Shown here: positions 1-9,914 of the stretch, in pieces | Position numbering within the stretch: the first letter of the stretch is position 1 | How the letters are laid out: every line of letters begins with the position of its first letter | NCBI GenBank assembly: GCA_035648155.1 | Contig: DASRMA010000125.1 | Location: 1,389 to 65,388, forward strand | Source of the DNA: Desulfosporosinus sp. | GTDB taxonomy: Bacteria > Bacillota > Desulfitobacteriia > Desulfitobacteriales > Desulfitobacteriaceae | Reading direction: 5' to 3' | Length of the DNA stretch: 64,000 nucleotides | Made by a program: the position numbers and the translations under genes | The notes under the pieces: model-generated | The model's input: only the letters and a program-made list of their open reading frames with translations | Told to the model about the DNA's origin: nothing | Database searches by the model: none

Positions 1-71
1 TAAAAATTCGTTTAACCTTTGACCGAGCTCAGCTTCTCGATGAAGAACCTTCCTCAAATTTATGAGGGTTA

Positions 72-530
72 TTATTTTTCAGTTTTTATTAATCTATACA
101 GTATCTCCAAGCCAGTAATGATTTTGTCTAGATCCTCTGTGCTGGCATCTTTCAGGGAGTCATTGATATATTTATTTGCTAACTCTTTCAAGACATTATT
201 TTTTTGAAAGTCTGGAGATAACGACAACCTTACAATTCTTCGATTTTCTTCTGGGATTTCTCGGAGAACGACGCCCCGACTAACCAATCTGTCTACCATC
301 CCAGAAACAGTGCTTTTAGACAGACCCAAGCACTCACTCATTTCCTTCAAGGTAATATAAGGGTTTTTACTTAAGCCAATAATCAGACCGATTTGTGGGC
401 CGGTAAAACCGTATTGCCTAGATTTTTCATAGATCTGATCTCTATACATTTTATGAACTGCCTTAAAAAGATAGACGACTCTTTCAGAAGGATTACTCGA
501 TAAATCCTGCAGTCCCCACTTCTGATTCAT
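72..530 (-). CDS. MarR family transcriptional regulator
   Basis: Winged-HTH pattern (LSKSTVSGMVDRLVSRGVVLREIPEENRR); last gene of efflux operon; ATG at 530 after AGGGAGAAGG, overlaps MFS 3' end. Confidence 0.9.
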   Translation of the reverse strand: MNQKWGLQDLSSNPSERVVYLFKAVHKMYRDQIYEKSRQYGFTGPQIGLIIGLSKNPYITLKEMSECLGLSKSTVSGMVDRLVSRGVVLREIPEENRRIVRLSLSPDFQKNNVLKELANKYINDSLKDASTEDLDKIITGLEILYRLIKTEK

Positions 531-2118
531 GTACAACCTTCTCCCTCACTAAACTTTTTTCCGGCTCATTTTTCTTCGTTGTCTTTCGTTTACTCATCAT
601 TAGAACCAAAATAATAGCCATAAAAACAGCCGGCACTGTCACCGCAATAGCATAATTCATGGCGTCTAGATAGGCCTGGGCATAGACCATCTTCCCCAAA
701 GTGGAATAGGCGTATCCTTGTGAAATCCCGTGGGGCAACCCCGATTTCATGTAAACTCCTTGCAAAGCTTGCGCAATAGCACTTGAAGCATGATTAAAGG
801 GCGTGATCTGCTCACTCAGTCTAGCATAGCTCAAACTTGCTTTATTAGATATGATGCTGGTCATAAACGTAATTGCGACGGCGCCCATGATACTTCGAAC
901 CGTGGTCGACAGTGCCGTTGCCTTCCCGAACAGATGTCTCGGCACGGCGTTCATTGCAGCTGTATTGATCGGCATCATTGCAAACCCAAGCCCAACTCCC
1001 CGGAGAGTAGCGACCAGTGTTATAGTTGTTCTCGTCGTATCCATATTAAACATGGACATTTGATAGGTAGCGATTGCTACTACTAGGAGCCCCGGAACTG
1101 TGACAACCTTGGCCCCATACCTGTCAAAAAGAGCACCACTGATAGGCATCATTAGTCCAGAAGCAATGGCTGATGGAAAAAGTATCAAACCGGTTTCCAT
1201 GGCTGTATATCCTCGTAAGCTTTGCAGAAACAGAGGCAGCACATAGATCCCACCCATCATAGCCAGAGTCGTGATCCCTGTTATGAATTGTCCTAGGGTA
1301 AAATCATATATCTTAAATACCCGTAGTTCAAGCAAAGGCTCTGGATGCATTAATTCGTTGACGACAAATATGAGGAGACTAAAACAGCCAAAGGCTAGCA
1401 AAAGTGGATATTTCACATCTCCCCAATCAATAGAACTTCCTTCTCCGAGGACATATAACAAACTAACGATCCCAAAAATTGAGGAAAAGAATCCGATGTA
1501 GTCAAAGTTTCCTTTATAGGGTTTCAGGGAGGTTTCCCTTAATAATATCCCTGCGAAAATGACCCCAATAATCCCAATAGGTACATTAACATAAAATATG
1601 AACCGCCAATCCATATATTGAATGATATATCCCCCTAAGGTAGGTCCAATAGCAGGCGCGGCCATTGCAGCGATCCCCCAAAAGCCCAAGGCTGTGCCAC
1701 GTTCATTTACCGGAAACATCTGCATAATATAGGACATTCCCACGGGCATGATAGCGCCGCCGCCGATCGCTTGTATGACACGGAAAACGACCATAGCATT
1801 TGTACTCCAAGCAAAGCCGCACAAAAACGACCCGATCGTAAAAAAGATCAAGGCAAAGATAAATAGCTTCTTAACCCCTATTGTATCACTTAGAAACCCC
1901 GTTACTGGCACGACAGCCCCCATTGTCAGGGAGTAGCCCGTTAGAATCCACTTGACGGCATCTAAATCTGAGCCGAAAACATTCATCATTTTGGGAATGG
2001 CGATATTAACGATACTGCTGTCCAGCATAACCATAAACGTTCCTATGACGACAACAAATAAGGCTGCCCACTTATAAGAACTGTCTTCAGCACTTTCCTG
2101 ATGGTCATGTTCTGCCAT
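493..2118 (-). CDS. DHA2 (EmrB/QacA) MFS efflux permease
   Basis: GTFMVMLDSSIVNIAIP motif, many TM segments, adjacent EmrA-like genes. Confidence 0.93.
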   Translation of the reverse strand: MAEHDHQESAEDSSYKWAALFVVVIGTFMVMLDSSIVNIAIPKMMNVFGSDLDAVKWILTGYSLTMGAVVPVTGFLSDTIGVKKLFIFALIFFTIGSFLCGFAWSTNAMVVFRVIQAIGGGAIMPVGMSYIMQMFPVNERGTALGFWGIAAMAAPAIGPTLGGYIIQYMDWRFIFYVNVPIGIIGVIFAGILLRETSLKPYKGNFDYIGFFSSIFGIVSLLYVLGEGSSIDWGDVKYPLLLAFGCFSLLIFVVNELMHPEPLLELRVFKIYDFTLGQFITGITTLAMMGGIYVLPLFLQSLRGYTAMETGLILFPSAIASGLMMPISGALFDRYGAKVVTVPGLLVVAIATYQMSMFNMDTTRTTITLVATLRGVGLGFAMMPINTAAMNAVPRHLFGKATALSTTVRSIMGAVAITFMTSIISNKASLSYARLSEQITPFNHASSAIAQALQGVYMKSGLPHGISQGYAYSTLGKMVYAQAYLDAMNYAIAVTVPAVFMAIILVLMMSKRKTTKKNEPEKSLVREKVVHESEVGTAGFIE

Positions 2119-2133
2119 GCTTATTTCACCTCA

Positions 2134-2784
2134 TCACTTAATGTGAATATTGACAACAGCATTCGTACCAGGAAGTAACGTATTATCGCTTTTATCAAAT
2201 TCTATTTTTATGGGTATTTTCTGAATGACTTTGGTGAAATTACCGCTGGTAGATGAAGGGAGGAGAGCGAAGGTTGAATTGGAGGCTTGACCGACATATT
2301 TTACCCGTCCTGTAAAGGCCTTTTCGGAAAACTGGTCAATGGTAATATCCACCTTTTGCCCCTTTTTTATCTTCCCCAGTTTTGTTTCTTCAATGTTCGC
2401 CGTAATATACAGCTTATTTGGGTCCACCAGCATGGCGATGATTTGTCCCGGGGAAATGAACTCCCCCACGGTTCCTTGCTTTTTAAGCACGATTCCGTTG
2501 ATAGGAGCCCTGAAAACTGATTGATCGATGTTGGTTTCCTGTGAACTACTCATGCCCTGGCGACCAAGGATTTGATCCTTAACCACGGCATCTCCCTCTT
2601 CTACATTTATCTCTAAAATTCTTCCAGAAATCTGTGGACCTACGCTGACTATGTCCCCCATTACCTTGGCGTCTTCTGTTGAAACATAATTCGCATTATC
2701 ATACCAGTAATAAGCTCCGATACCTGCAAAAGCAACGAGCATTAGCGTTATAATTATAGAAATTAGCAGTTTGCGTTTATTCAA
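2134..2784 (-). CDS. HlyD/EmrA-type membrane fusion protein (short)
   Basis: N-terminal TM, STEDA, FALLPS..SGNFTKVIQKIPIKI EmrA motif. Confidence 0.9.
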   Translation of the reverse strand: MNKRKLLISIIITLMLVAFAGIGAYYWYDNANYVSTEDAKVMGDIVSVGPQISGRILEINVEEGDAVVKDQILGRQGMSSSQETNIDQSVFRAPINGIVLKKQGTVGEFISPGQIIAMLVDPNKLYITANIEETKLGKIKKGQKVDITIDQFSEKAFTGRVKYVGQASNSTFALLPSSTSGNFTKVIQKIPIKIEFDKSDNTLLPGTNAVVNIHIK

Positions 2785-2800
2785 TTTATATCACCTGTCC

Positions 2801-3769
2801 TTACTTTTTGAGACCGACTTGTGCCAACATTCCCGGTTTTAGTACCGTATCCGTCTTACTTAGTTCTATTTTTACTAAAACACTTCGACTGCGGGAGTCT
2901 ATGACAGGATCAACGACCGAAACTTTACCCGAAAATTCTTTATCAGGAATTTCCAATACTTTCACGACGACGTTCTGTCCGACTTTCACACTTTCCATAA
3001 GTCCTACTGGCAACGAAGCATTGATGTATAAGGAGTCAACATTGACCACTGAAAGCAAAGCAACTCCAGGCGAGGCCAATTCTCCGACATTGATATTTTT
3101 TGCGCTAACAGTTCCAGAGACTGGAGAAACGATGGTTCCATAGGCCAGCTGTGTTGTCGTCAAATCTAACGCAGCCTGGGCCTGCTTGACTTGAGCTTGC
3201 AAGACATTGATCGTTTCTTGAGTTTCTCCTTTAGTAATCATAGTCAGTTGGTCTCGCGCAGAGTCGTTCTGAGCCTGAGCAGCTGACAACTGGGTTTGCG
3301 CGGTTTCTAATTGTGCTTGCGATATTGCACCTGCATCAAAGAGCTTTTTATTCCGCTCAAAATTATTTTTCGCATTCGTATAACTAATTTTAGCGCTGTC
3401 TAGCATAGTCTGCGCTTGAGCTATTTGCTCTGGTCGCGCGCCTGATTGAATCTTAGTTAAGTTTGCTTGAGCAGTATTGACAGCGGCTTTAGCCTGTGCC
3501 ACCTGAGCTTCCATATCTTTGGTGTCAAGCGTAATAATCGTATCTCCTTTTTTGACTACTGCACCTACGCCAACCGAGATACTTGCTACCTTAGCTGAAA
3601 TTTTAGTGGTGATCTGAGCCTTTTCATTGACATCAATAATCCCTGCCATCACAAAGACCGGCTTACTTGCTTGAACGACGGGACTTGCTGTGTCATCCTT
3701 TTGATCCGCCGTACTGCATCCTGTAAGCACCATAGCCATTGCTATAATGATCATAATTACTCTTTTCAT
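2801..3769 (-). CDS. Efflux adaptor (MFP) subunit, lipoprotein
   Basis: Lipobox LTGC, biotinyl-like and coiled-coil segments, LKPGM end; start moved to ATG 3769 after AGGAGA. Confidence 0.88.
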   Translation of the reverse strand: MKRVIMIIIAMAMVLTGCSTADQKDDTASPVVQASKPVFVMAGIIDVNEKAQITTKISAKVASISVGVGAVVKKGDTIITLDTKDMEAQVAQAKAAVNTAQANLTKIQSGARPEQIAQAQTMLDSAKISYTNAKNNFERNKKLFDAGAISQAQLETAQTQLSAAQAQNDSARDQLTMITKGETQETINVLQAQVKQAQAALDLTTTQLAYGTIVSPVSGTVSAKNINVGELASPGVALLSVVNVDSLYINASLPVGLMESVKVGQNVVVKVLEIPDKEFSGKVSVVDPVIDSRSRSVLVKIELSKTDTVLKPGMLAQVGLKK

Positions 3770-3798
3770 ACCGATCTCCTTTCTCTTTGTACAGTAAC

Positions 3799-3859
3799 TG
3801 TTCGCATGCATACATTTATAAATATAGTTTAATTTACACTAAGTTATTACCTATGTCAA
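3799..3859 (-). promoter_or_regulatory. SigA-like promoter plus candidate MarR operator of the efflux operon
   Basis: TTGACA(3859-3854)-17 nt-TAAATT; imperfect palindrome TGTTCGCATGCATACA at 3799-3814. Confidence 0.5.
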
Positions 3860-4072
3860 TCATTAAATTCTAAAGACCATATACCGTTAGTGAACGTGCA
3901 GAAGGGACATCCAGCTACATAAAGTGGATATCCCTTCTGTCCTTCGACTTTTAAATAATATTAGACGGACTTGGAACCAGACAACTTATATCATCCATAT
4001 AATGGAAACAAATGAACAGTAAAACAATCTGCAGAAAGTGAACCCGTAAACTAAGCTGAAGGAGTGATAATT

Positions 4073-4162
4073 ATGTATGTATGGTCACCTTGGCATTATC
4101 GACGTGCTTGGCACCGTCCCGTAATAATCATCGTACCTCATCGGTGGAGACGTCGTTGGTAG
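4073..4162 (+). CDS. 29-aa Trp/Arg-rich peptide MYVWSPWHYRRAWHRPVIIIVPHRWRRRW (not in ORF track)
   Basis: RBS AAGGAGTGA just upstream of ATG, TAG stop, downstream hairpin 4195-4222. Confidence 0.65.
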   Translation: MYVWSPWHYRRAWHRPVIIIVPHRWRRRW

Positions 4163-4194
4163 AATTCAGATTCAGCATCTCATGACACATTGTA

Positions 4195-4226
4195 GCATCT
4201 GCGCTTTTCAGCGCAGATGTTTTTAC
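4195..4226. terminator. Intrinsic terminator between the peptide gene and sdpI
   Basis: CATCTGCGC-ttttca-GCGCAGATG followed by T-run. Confidence 0.7.
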
Positions 4227-4882
4227 TTTTTAACAATTTGTTGATAGGCAATATACGAATAAGCCATCGGGACAATTGAAATGACAGCAACAATGATAAT
4301 GAACCCAATTCCATTAATAGTAGTTCCTGAGAAGGCTAACATTATATTAATGATACCGCCTAACACCCACAATGGAGCAGCCATTCTATGGGTTTTCCTC
4401 CATACTTCTTCACTGGCCAACGTCCAGGGAGTCTTTATCCCTACAAAATAGTTATGCTTAACTCGCCCCATCACATTTCCGATGAAGATAAAGAGCAAGG
4501 AGACCATGATTTGAATAAAGATGGGTTTATTAACTATAGACCCTGTGGCAATCAGAAGGGTCATAACTTCCGTTCCTAAGAAAAACAAAATTAATAAATA
4601 CTTGAGAAATTGGTAAGTTGACTTAAATTGGTCATAGTTCTTTTTTTTAGGATCAATATGAGGAAGAACAAGAAACATTAAATATGTTGCTAAACTAATC
4701 GCAGGTAGCCCAAACGCACCAAACAATCTACCCCCATACCCGTTCACTTCTCCATTCATGTTCCAATGCGTAGGTACTTTGTCTGGTAGCGAGGGATAGA
4801 AATAGGCTCCCAGTGAGAATCCTAAAAGAATCAGAATTAAGATCATCCAATCATTCTTCAAAATATTACTTATCTTTGGCAT
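4223..4882 (-). CDS. sdpI: SdpI family immunity membrane protein
   Basis: LPDKVPTHW..GEVNGY and NYFVGIKTPWTLASEEVWRKTHR motifs. Confidence 0.9.
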   Translation of the reverse strand: MPKISNILKNDWMILILILLGFSLGAYFYPSLPDKVPTHWNMNGEVNGYGGRLFGAFGLPAISLATYLMFLVLPHIDPKKKNYDQFKSTYQFLKYLLILFFLGTEVMTLLIATGSIVNKPIFIQIMVSLLFIFIGNVMGRVKHNYFVGIKTPWTLASEEVWRKTHRMAAPLWVLGGIINIMLAFSGTTINGIGFIIIVAVISIVPMAYSYIAYQQIVKK

Positions 4883-5159
4883 CTTCTTTACCTCCTTCGT
4901 TCACATTGGTTGTGTTGAAAAACCATTTTACTACCTCTTGGAATACTGTCGTATTCAGCGAATAATATATGTGTTGTCCCTTTCTAACATCCGTCACCAG
5001 CAATGCTTGTTTCAACGCATTAAGATGATGAGAAATACTCGGCTTAGTCATATCAAATTGTTCCGCTATTTCACCAGCTGTCATATCTCGTTCTTTGAGT
5101 AGTAGAATAATCTTTCGCCTAGTCGGATCTGCAAGGGCTTTGAATGGCAAATTAAGCAT
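4866..5159 (-). CDS. sdpR: ArsR family autorepressor SdpR
   Basis: FKALADPTRRKI..MTAGEIAEQFDMTKPSISHHL; overlaps sdpI start. Confidence 0.9.
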   Translation of the reverse strand: MLNLPFKALADPTRRKIILLLKERDMTAGEIAEQFDMTKPSISHHLNALKQALLVTDVRKGQHIYYSLNTTVFQEVVKWFFNTTNVNEGGKEDAKDK

Positions 5160-5180
5160 GACCGTTTATCCTCCCCCATT

Positions 5181-5218
5181 GCTACTATTAGATGTTTATC
5201 TAATCATTTAATAGTAGC
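5181..5218. promoter_or_regulatory. Inverted repeat, probable SdpR operator
   Basis: GCTACTATTA..TAATAGTAGC with inner TTAGAT-gttt-ATCTAA just upstream of sdpR. Confidence 0.55.
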
Positions 5219-5350
5219 ATAGCCTATTTTTTACTAAAAGTATATACATGTTCATTTATCTTTTTTGTGGTATTATAATCCGACAACGAGGTATTATAAT
5301 ACCATAGCAAGGTATTAATAATATCAAACATGACTTAGGAGGAATTCGCA

Positions 5351-6022
5351 GTGAAAAAACTCATCCGATTATCTTTACTTGCCTTCTTATTGTCTTCCGT
5401 CTTTCTGCTAGTCGGGTGCAATAAATCAGCACAGCCACCGCTCCCAGAAAGTAAACCAAGCGAGACTGCAACTCCCGAGAAAACCCCCTCTGATCCTCCA
5501 GCGAAAGAAGTTGTTCCAGCTGCGACACCTGGAGATTTTTTCCCCGTGGTTGCTAACTCTACCTGGGAGTATCAAGGGGAAGGGAACGAATATGCCACAT
5601 TCAATCGCAAGATTGTATTCACGGGCGACAATTTAGCCCAAATTCGTGAAGATAACGGCGGAACGGTTAGTGCTTCTGTTTTCAAGATCTCCTCAGATGC
5701 AGTCACCAGGATCTTCTTCATCGGTGAAGCCTACGAGCAAAAGAATCACCTCAAGAGCCCCTCAAATCAAAACCTTATTATCTTAAAGGCTCCCCTTAAA
5801 GTGGGGACAAAGTGGAATGAACCCAATGGAACTAGAGAAATTGTAGATCTCAATGCGACTGTCGCGACTCCTGCAGGGACTTTCGCCCAATGTTTGAAGG
5901 TTAAAATTACTAATGATAATTCTACCCTCTACGAATACTTCAAAAGCGGTATTGGCATGGTTAAACGAGAATTTATATCTGGTGATTCCAAGGTCACCTC
6001 TAGCTTAAAAAATCATACCTAG
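5351..6022 (+). CDS. Hypothetical lipoprotein
   Basis: Lipobox LVGC, Pro-rich linker, RBS AGGAGG. Confidence 0.8.
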   Translation: MKKLIRLSLLAFLLSSVFLLVGCNKSAQPPLPESKPSETATPEKTPSDPPAKEVVPAATPGDFFPVVANSTWEYQGEGNEYATFNRKIVFTGDNLAQIREDNGGTVSASVFKISSDAVTRIFFIGEAYEQKNHLKSPSNQNLIILKAPLKVGTKWNEPNGTREIVDLNATVATPAGTFAQCLKVKITNDNSTLYEYFKSGIGMVKREFISGDSKVTSSLKNHT

Positions 6023-6050
6023 TATAATCTTAGGCAAGGATTATCTCATA

Positions 6051-6096
6051 AATATAGGCTAGTTAGCTCTATATTTAGAGCTAACTAGCCTATATT
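6051..6096. terminator. Bidirectional terminator hairpin
   Basis: AATATAGGCTAGTTAGCTCTA / TAGAGCTAACTAGCCTATATT between convergent genes. Confidence 0.75.
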
Positions 6097-6113
6097 GGTT
6101 TGGTAAATGGCAC

Positions 6114-6383
6114 TTATAACAAGCAGCCTGCTAAGAGCTTCTGTATTTTGATATATTTACTCTCTGCCTCATCTTCATCAATAAACCACTCTGCTCCCTG
6201 CTCTGGAGATTTGCTGTTATAGGTATGGATTAAACCCCCATCAAGAATCCCCTTGCCCCACGCCACAAAATACTGGGCTGAGGAATTCACGGGACTGACT
6301 CCAGAACCAAAATAAATAGGGGTACCGTTGATTTCTGTGCTCTCAAAGATATTGGCCTTAGTCGTTCCACATGGATTATCCAT
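6114..6383 (-). CDS. Hypothetical protein
   Basis: 89-aa ORF, RBS AGGTAGGTG. Confidence 0.7.
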   Translation of the reverse strand: MDNPCGTTKANIFESTEINGTPIYFGSGVSPVNSSAQYFVAWGKGILDGGLIHTYNSKSPEQGAEWFIDEDEAESKYIKIQKLLAGCLL

Positions 6384-6506
6384 CGCACCTACCTACTTCC
6401 TTCATCTAATATTTAGACTGACTTCTCAATTATTTCCTAGACATTCAGCTTCTTAATACTTTCATATCTAGGACAAATAGTCTATAATAACCTTGTAAAA
6501 AATTCG

Positions 6507-6532
6507 AGTGAACTCGTTCAACTAAAGATTAA
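6507..6532 (+). repeat. Solo end of the MITE-like repeat family
   Basis: AGTGAACTCGTTCAACTAAAGATTAA, identical to 14045-14070 and 1 mismatch from 16886-16911. Confidence 0.8.
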
Positions 6533-6566
6533 ATGACAGAAATAAAGTCCTAAGAGGAGGAACTTA

Positions 6567-6974
6567 ATGTTTACTCAGGCTTACACACCTGAACAATCTG
6601 CCTTCGGTAAACTAGAGAACGATCGAGACGTGCTTATTCTTTACGTCAAAGAGTTTTGTGAGCAGGTCAAGGCTGTCAATCAGTCAGGTCTCTCTGAATA
6701 TACCTATAATTGGTTTGCAACTGAGCAGAAAGACGCCTATGTCCTTCAAATAACGTGGGAAAACGAGATCAACATTGCTATCCGGTTTAACTCTCAGCAT
6801 TTTGGCCTTATCGGCCAATTAATTGAACCTAAAGATGTTATCCTGACGACGAGCCCGATCTCTAACCTTATGGAAAAGGCGCAAAAAAGTGATTATAACT
6901 TTCTTGAATTCAACGATGTGCTCACCTTTAGCCATTTATCCTTTGCTGTTCCAAGTGTGGAGTATGAAAATTGA
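6567..6974 (+). CDS. Hypothetical protein
   Basis: 135-aa ORF, RBS GAGGAGG. Confidence 0.75.
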   Translation: MFTQAYTPEQSAFGKLENDRDVLILYVKEFCEQVKAVNQSGLSEYTYNWFATEQKDAYVLQITWENEINIAIRFNSQHFGLIGQLIEPKDVILTTSPISNLMEKAQKSDYNFLEFNDVLTFSHLSFAVPSVEYEN

Positions 6975-7074
6975 TTTAACTCTTTAGGCCTTCACCTAAA
7001 CATTTCAGAATTCAACCCTATTACCGGACAGATTCAGCTGTCAAGTAATAAGGTTTGAAAATATTAACAAGAGT

Positions 7075-8634
7075 TCAACGTTTCACTCGTCTTTTGACGC
7101 TGGGATAACGGGCAAGGTCTGTGTGAGGAAGAAATTTGCTGCCACTAAATTTCTCCATGAAAGTGTTATTGGCATTTAGCTCGAAATAAGTAACCTTTGC
7201 CGCGATCGCTTCTGCCTCCAGACGCTTGGGGCGAGATAGAAGTATTTGGCGAGCTGCCTCTCCTGAACTATTCCCCAGACGCACGATGGCCGAGCGCGGA
7301 AGGTCAGGATATAAACCAATTGTTATAGCCGATTCGATCGGCAAATACTGCCCAAACGCCCCTGCAGCATAGAAGTGCTTCATTTCTTGCCAAGCACACC
7401 CAACGTTCTCCATTAACAGATCGGTAGCAGCATTGACCGCTCCTTTTGTGGCCATGAAGTTATTAATATCGATCTGCGTAACGACAATGTCTTCTCCGGC
7501 GGCAGTCTCTTTTGCCGGAACAACTACATAAGCCTCCAAACCTTTCTCGAAATGGGCATTCCTGTCAACAATGCCATCCAGAAAAAGCTCTGCCAAGGTG
7601 TCAACCAGTCCCGAGCCGCAGATGCCCCGCGCCGGCATATCAGCCACAGTGGTATACTGTACTTGGCCCGTCACCGGATCTATGGAAACGTGATCCACTG
7701 CTCCCGGTTCTGCCCGCATACCGAAGGCTGTGACACCGCCTTCCAGAGCCGGTCCAGCTGCTCCTGCACAGGCGACAAGCCAGTCTTCGTTACCCATAAC
7801 AATCTCCCCATTGGTGCCGATATCGACAAATAATGAGACGTCTGACTGCTTGTGCATGCCACTCACGAGAATCCCGCCGATGACATCGCCCCCAAGGTAA
7901 CTTCCAATGCTTGGCAGACAATAAACTGGCGCAAGAGGATTAATGTCAATCCCAAGTTCTCCTGCAGGAATCAAACCTGGATTGTTCACGCTTGGCGTAT
8001 ATGGATCTCGGCAAATAGACGCAGGGTCTAAACCCAGCAAGAGATGGATCATCGTTGTATTGGCGCCGATGGCCACAGCCGTGATCTTCTCCGTCTCCAT
8101 TGGTAGGGGGCAAAGGAGTTTAATTAGACGATTTAGAGTATCTAAAACCGCTTTCTGCAGACGGGCTAGGCCACCAGGTTCAGCAGCATGACGAATGCGG
8201 TTCAGTATGTCCTCCCCAAGTATAACTTGATCGTTATAGTCCGCTGCGTGGCCAAGAACTTTACCGTCACACAGATCCACTAGGTATACCACCACCGTTG
8301 TCGTACCAATATCAATGGCCAACCCGAATTGTTCCTTGGTAGTATCGCCGGATTCTAACTGAATTAATTCCCATCCGTTGCCCATCTCCGCTAAGGTGGC
8401 GGTGACCTTCCAATCGGCTCCACGACAAAGGCTCGGCAGCTTGCGCATCAGTGATAGGGGCACCGAGACATTGTCGTAGCTTTGTTCGAGCATTTGACGC
8501 ACTTGATCGACATCTGCCCGATTATCTCTTGGACTTGGTGGCGTGAGGGACAGAAACACTTTTCGGGTGAGGGGTTCAAGGGTGGTGAGGGTTGTCTGTA
8601 CCTGCTCTGATAAGATGACTGGTTTGACTGACAT
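7075..8634 (-). CDS. ASKHA/RACo-type ATP-dependent corrinoid protein activator (DUF4445), lacking the N-terminal [2Fe-2S] domain
   Basis: AIDIGTTT, DIGTNGE, AAGPALEG, GICGSG, AGAFG motifs; start 8634 after GGAAGG. Confidence 0.88.
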   Translation of the reverse strand: MSVKPVILSEQVQTTLTTLEPLTRKVFLSLTPPSPRDNRADVDQVRQMLEQSYDNVSVPLSLMRKLPSLCRGADWKVTATLAEMGNGWELIQLESGDTTKEQFGLAIDIGTTTVVVYLVDLCDGKVLGHAADYNDQVILGEDILNRIRHAAEPGGLARLQKAVLDTLNRLIKLLCPLPMETEKITAVAIGANTTMIHLLLGLDPASICRDPYTPSVNNPGLIPAGELGIDINPLAPVYCLPSIGSYLGGDVIGGILVSGMHKQSDVSLFVDIGTNGEIVMGNEDWLVACAGAAGPALEGGVTAFGMRAEPGAVDHVSIDPVTGQVQYTTVADMPARGICGSGLVDTLAELFLDGIVDRNAHFEKGLEAYVVVPAKETAAGEDIVVTQIDINNFMATKGAVNAATDLLMENVGCAWQEMKHFYAAGAFGQYLPIESAITIGLYPDLPRSAIVRLGNSSGEAARQILLSRPKRLEAEAIAAKVTYFELNANNTFMEKFSGSKFLPHTDLARYPSVKRRVKR

Positions 8635-8690
8635 ATTACTACCTTCCTTTTTCAATTTTATAGTCATGTTTATGCATTAAAGAAAATTGT

Positions 8691-9914
8691 CTAAGACTTT
8701 AAGGAAATACTTTTTGCACTATAATACCCGATTAGAATTGCAATGGGCATCATCACAAGCCCCCCCAACCAGGCTTGAGTCCTAATGACGACCACTAATC
8801 CTAGAAATAACTGCCCAGGCAAAGCCATCAAAAAGATGGATTTCCTGGCCGCTGGCACTTTAGTTTCTGAAAGCCAAGGGAATAAACAGACAAAGGGATT
8901 GTTAATTGCTACTCTCCATAACGCCCCAATAAAACCAGTTATCATGAGTGAAAAAGCGACCCAAAGAAGCCATCCATAGTCCGAGGGAAAGAGGATCATG
9001 GCCACAATGCTTGTCCCCAAAATTTTGAAGTAACCTGTGACGTCTTTCTCCTGTCGCGACTCAGCTTTGAGAAACATCTCCACCAAGCCGTTCACAGGGG
9101 TGCGTTTCTTGAAAAGTAGGTTTGAGCTTCTGAAGAATAATGGGCGTTTCCTGGTGAACATGGGCTTTTTCTCATACGTTCCCATGTTCTGTAGGAGAAG
9201 TTTGACTAACCGTAACCTGGCATTCTTTTCTCGAACGACATCTTGAAAAAAAGTTCCCCGCAAGGTTACTCGTTTAAATAAAAGCCCAACGAATACCCCA
9301 GAAAGCACGATCAGTGACAGATAAAACAAGACCGAGTGGCTCATAAGGTAATAAACGCTTTGCCTCCAGTAAATACCTGCCATGATCATCAGGACTATTT
9401 TAACGAGCTTTTGAATCCAACCCATAAATCGCAGCTCAACGAATTGCTTGGAAATCCCCATGCAAGTCTTAAATCCGCTCGTGAACAAGGTCATCCAAAC
9501 AATTTCCCGTGGTGAAACCCCGTAGTGTAATAAAAATGGTGCCAAGATGAGGAACCAGAGGATGCTAGTGAGAACGTTATAACCTATGGTATACCCTAAA
9601 CTAAGCTTTATTAGCGGATGAATCCATGACTTTTTCTGCAATAGAAAAAGCTGGTCTGCTGCTTCCAAAAAGATGCGCGTTGTACCCACCCAAGTGAAGA
9701 AAAAAGTAACCCCAAAAAATGCATTGAGATTCACATAGATTAGCCAACTTGGCATTTCTCGCCACCAACCAAGATACTCGTAGATAAAAATACCTAGAAA
9801 AGGAATCACGATGTATAAGGCCACGACCCAATCAACAGCCGTCTTCCATGCCTCGTACTGATATTTCCAGTCTGAAGCGAGCCTCTGCCACAAGAGTTTT
9901 GGCACAGTGATCAT
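8691..9914 (-). CDS. ecsB: EcsB-like ABC transporter permease
   Basis: Multi-TM, FLEAADQLFLL motif, coupled to EcsA-like ATPase. Confidence 0.75.
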   Translation of the reverse strand: MITVPKLLWQRLASDWKYQYEAWKTAVDWVVALYIVIPFLGIFIYEYLGWWREMPSWLIYVNLNAFFGVTFFFTWVGTTRIFLEAADQLFLLQKKSWIHPLIKLSLGYTIGYNVLTSILWFLILAPFLLHYGVSPREIVWMTLFTSGFKTCMGISKQFVELRFMGWIQKLVKIVLMIMAGIYWRQSVYYLMSHSVLFYLSLIVLSGVFVGLLFKRVTLRGTFFQDVVREKNARLRLVKLLLQNMGTYEKKPMFTRKRPLFFRSSNLLFKKRTPVNGLVEMFLKAESRQEKDVTGYFKILGTSIVAMILFPSDYGWLLWVAFSLMITGFIGALWRVAINNPFVCLFPWLSETKVPAARKSIFLMALPGQLFLGLVVVIRTQAWLGGLVMMPIAILIGYYSAKSISLKS

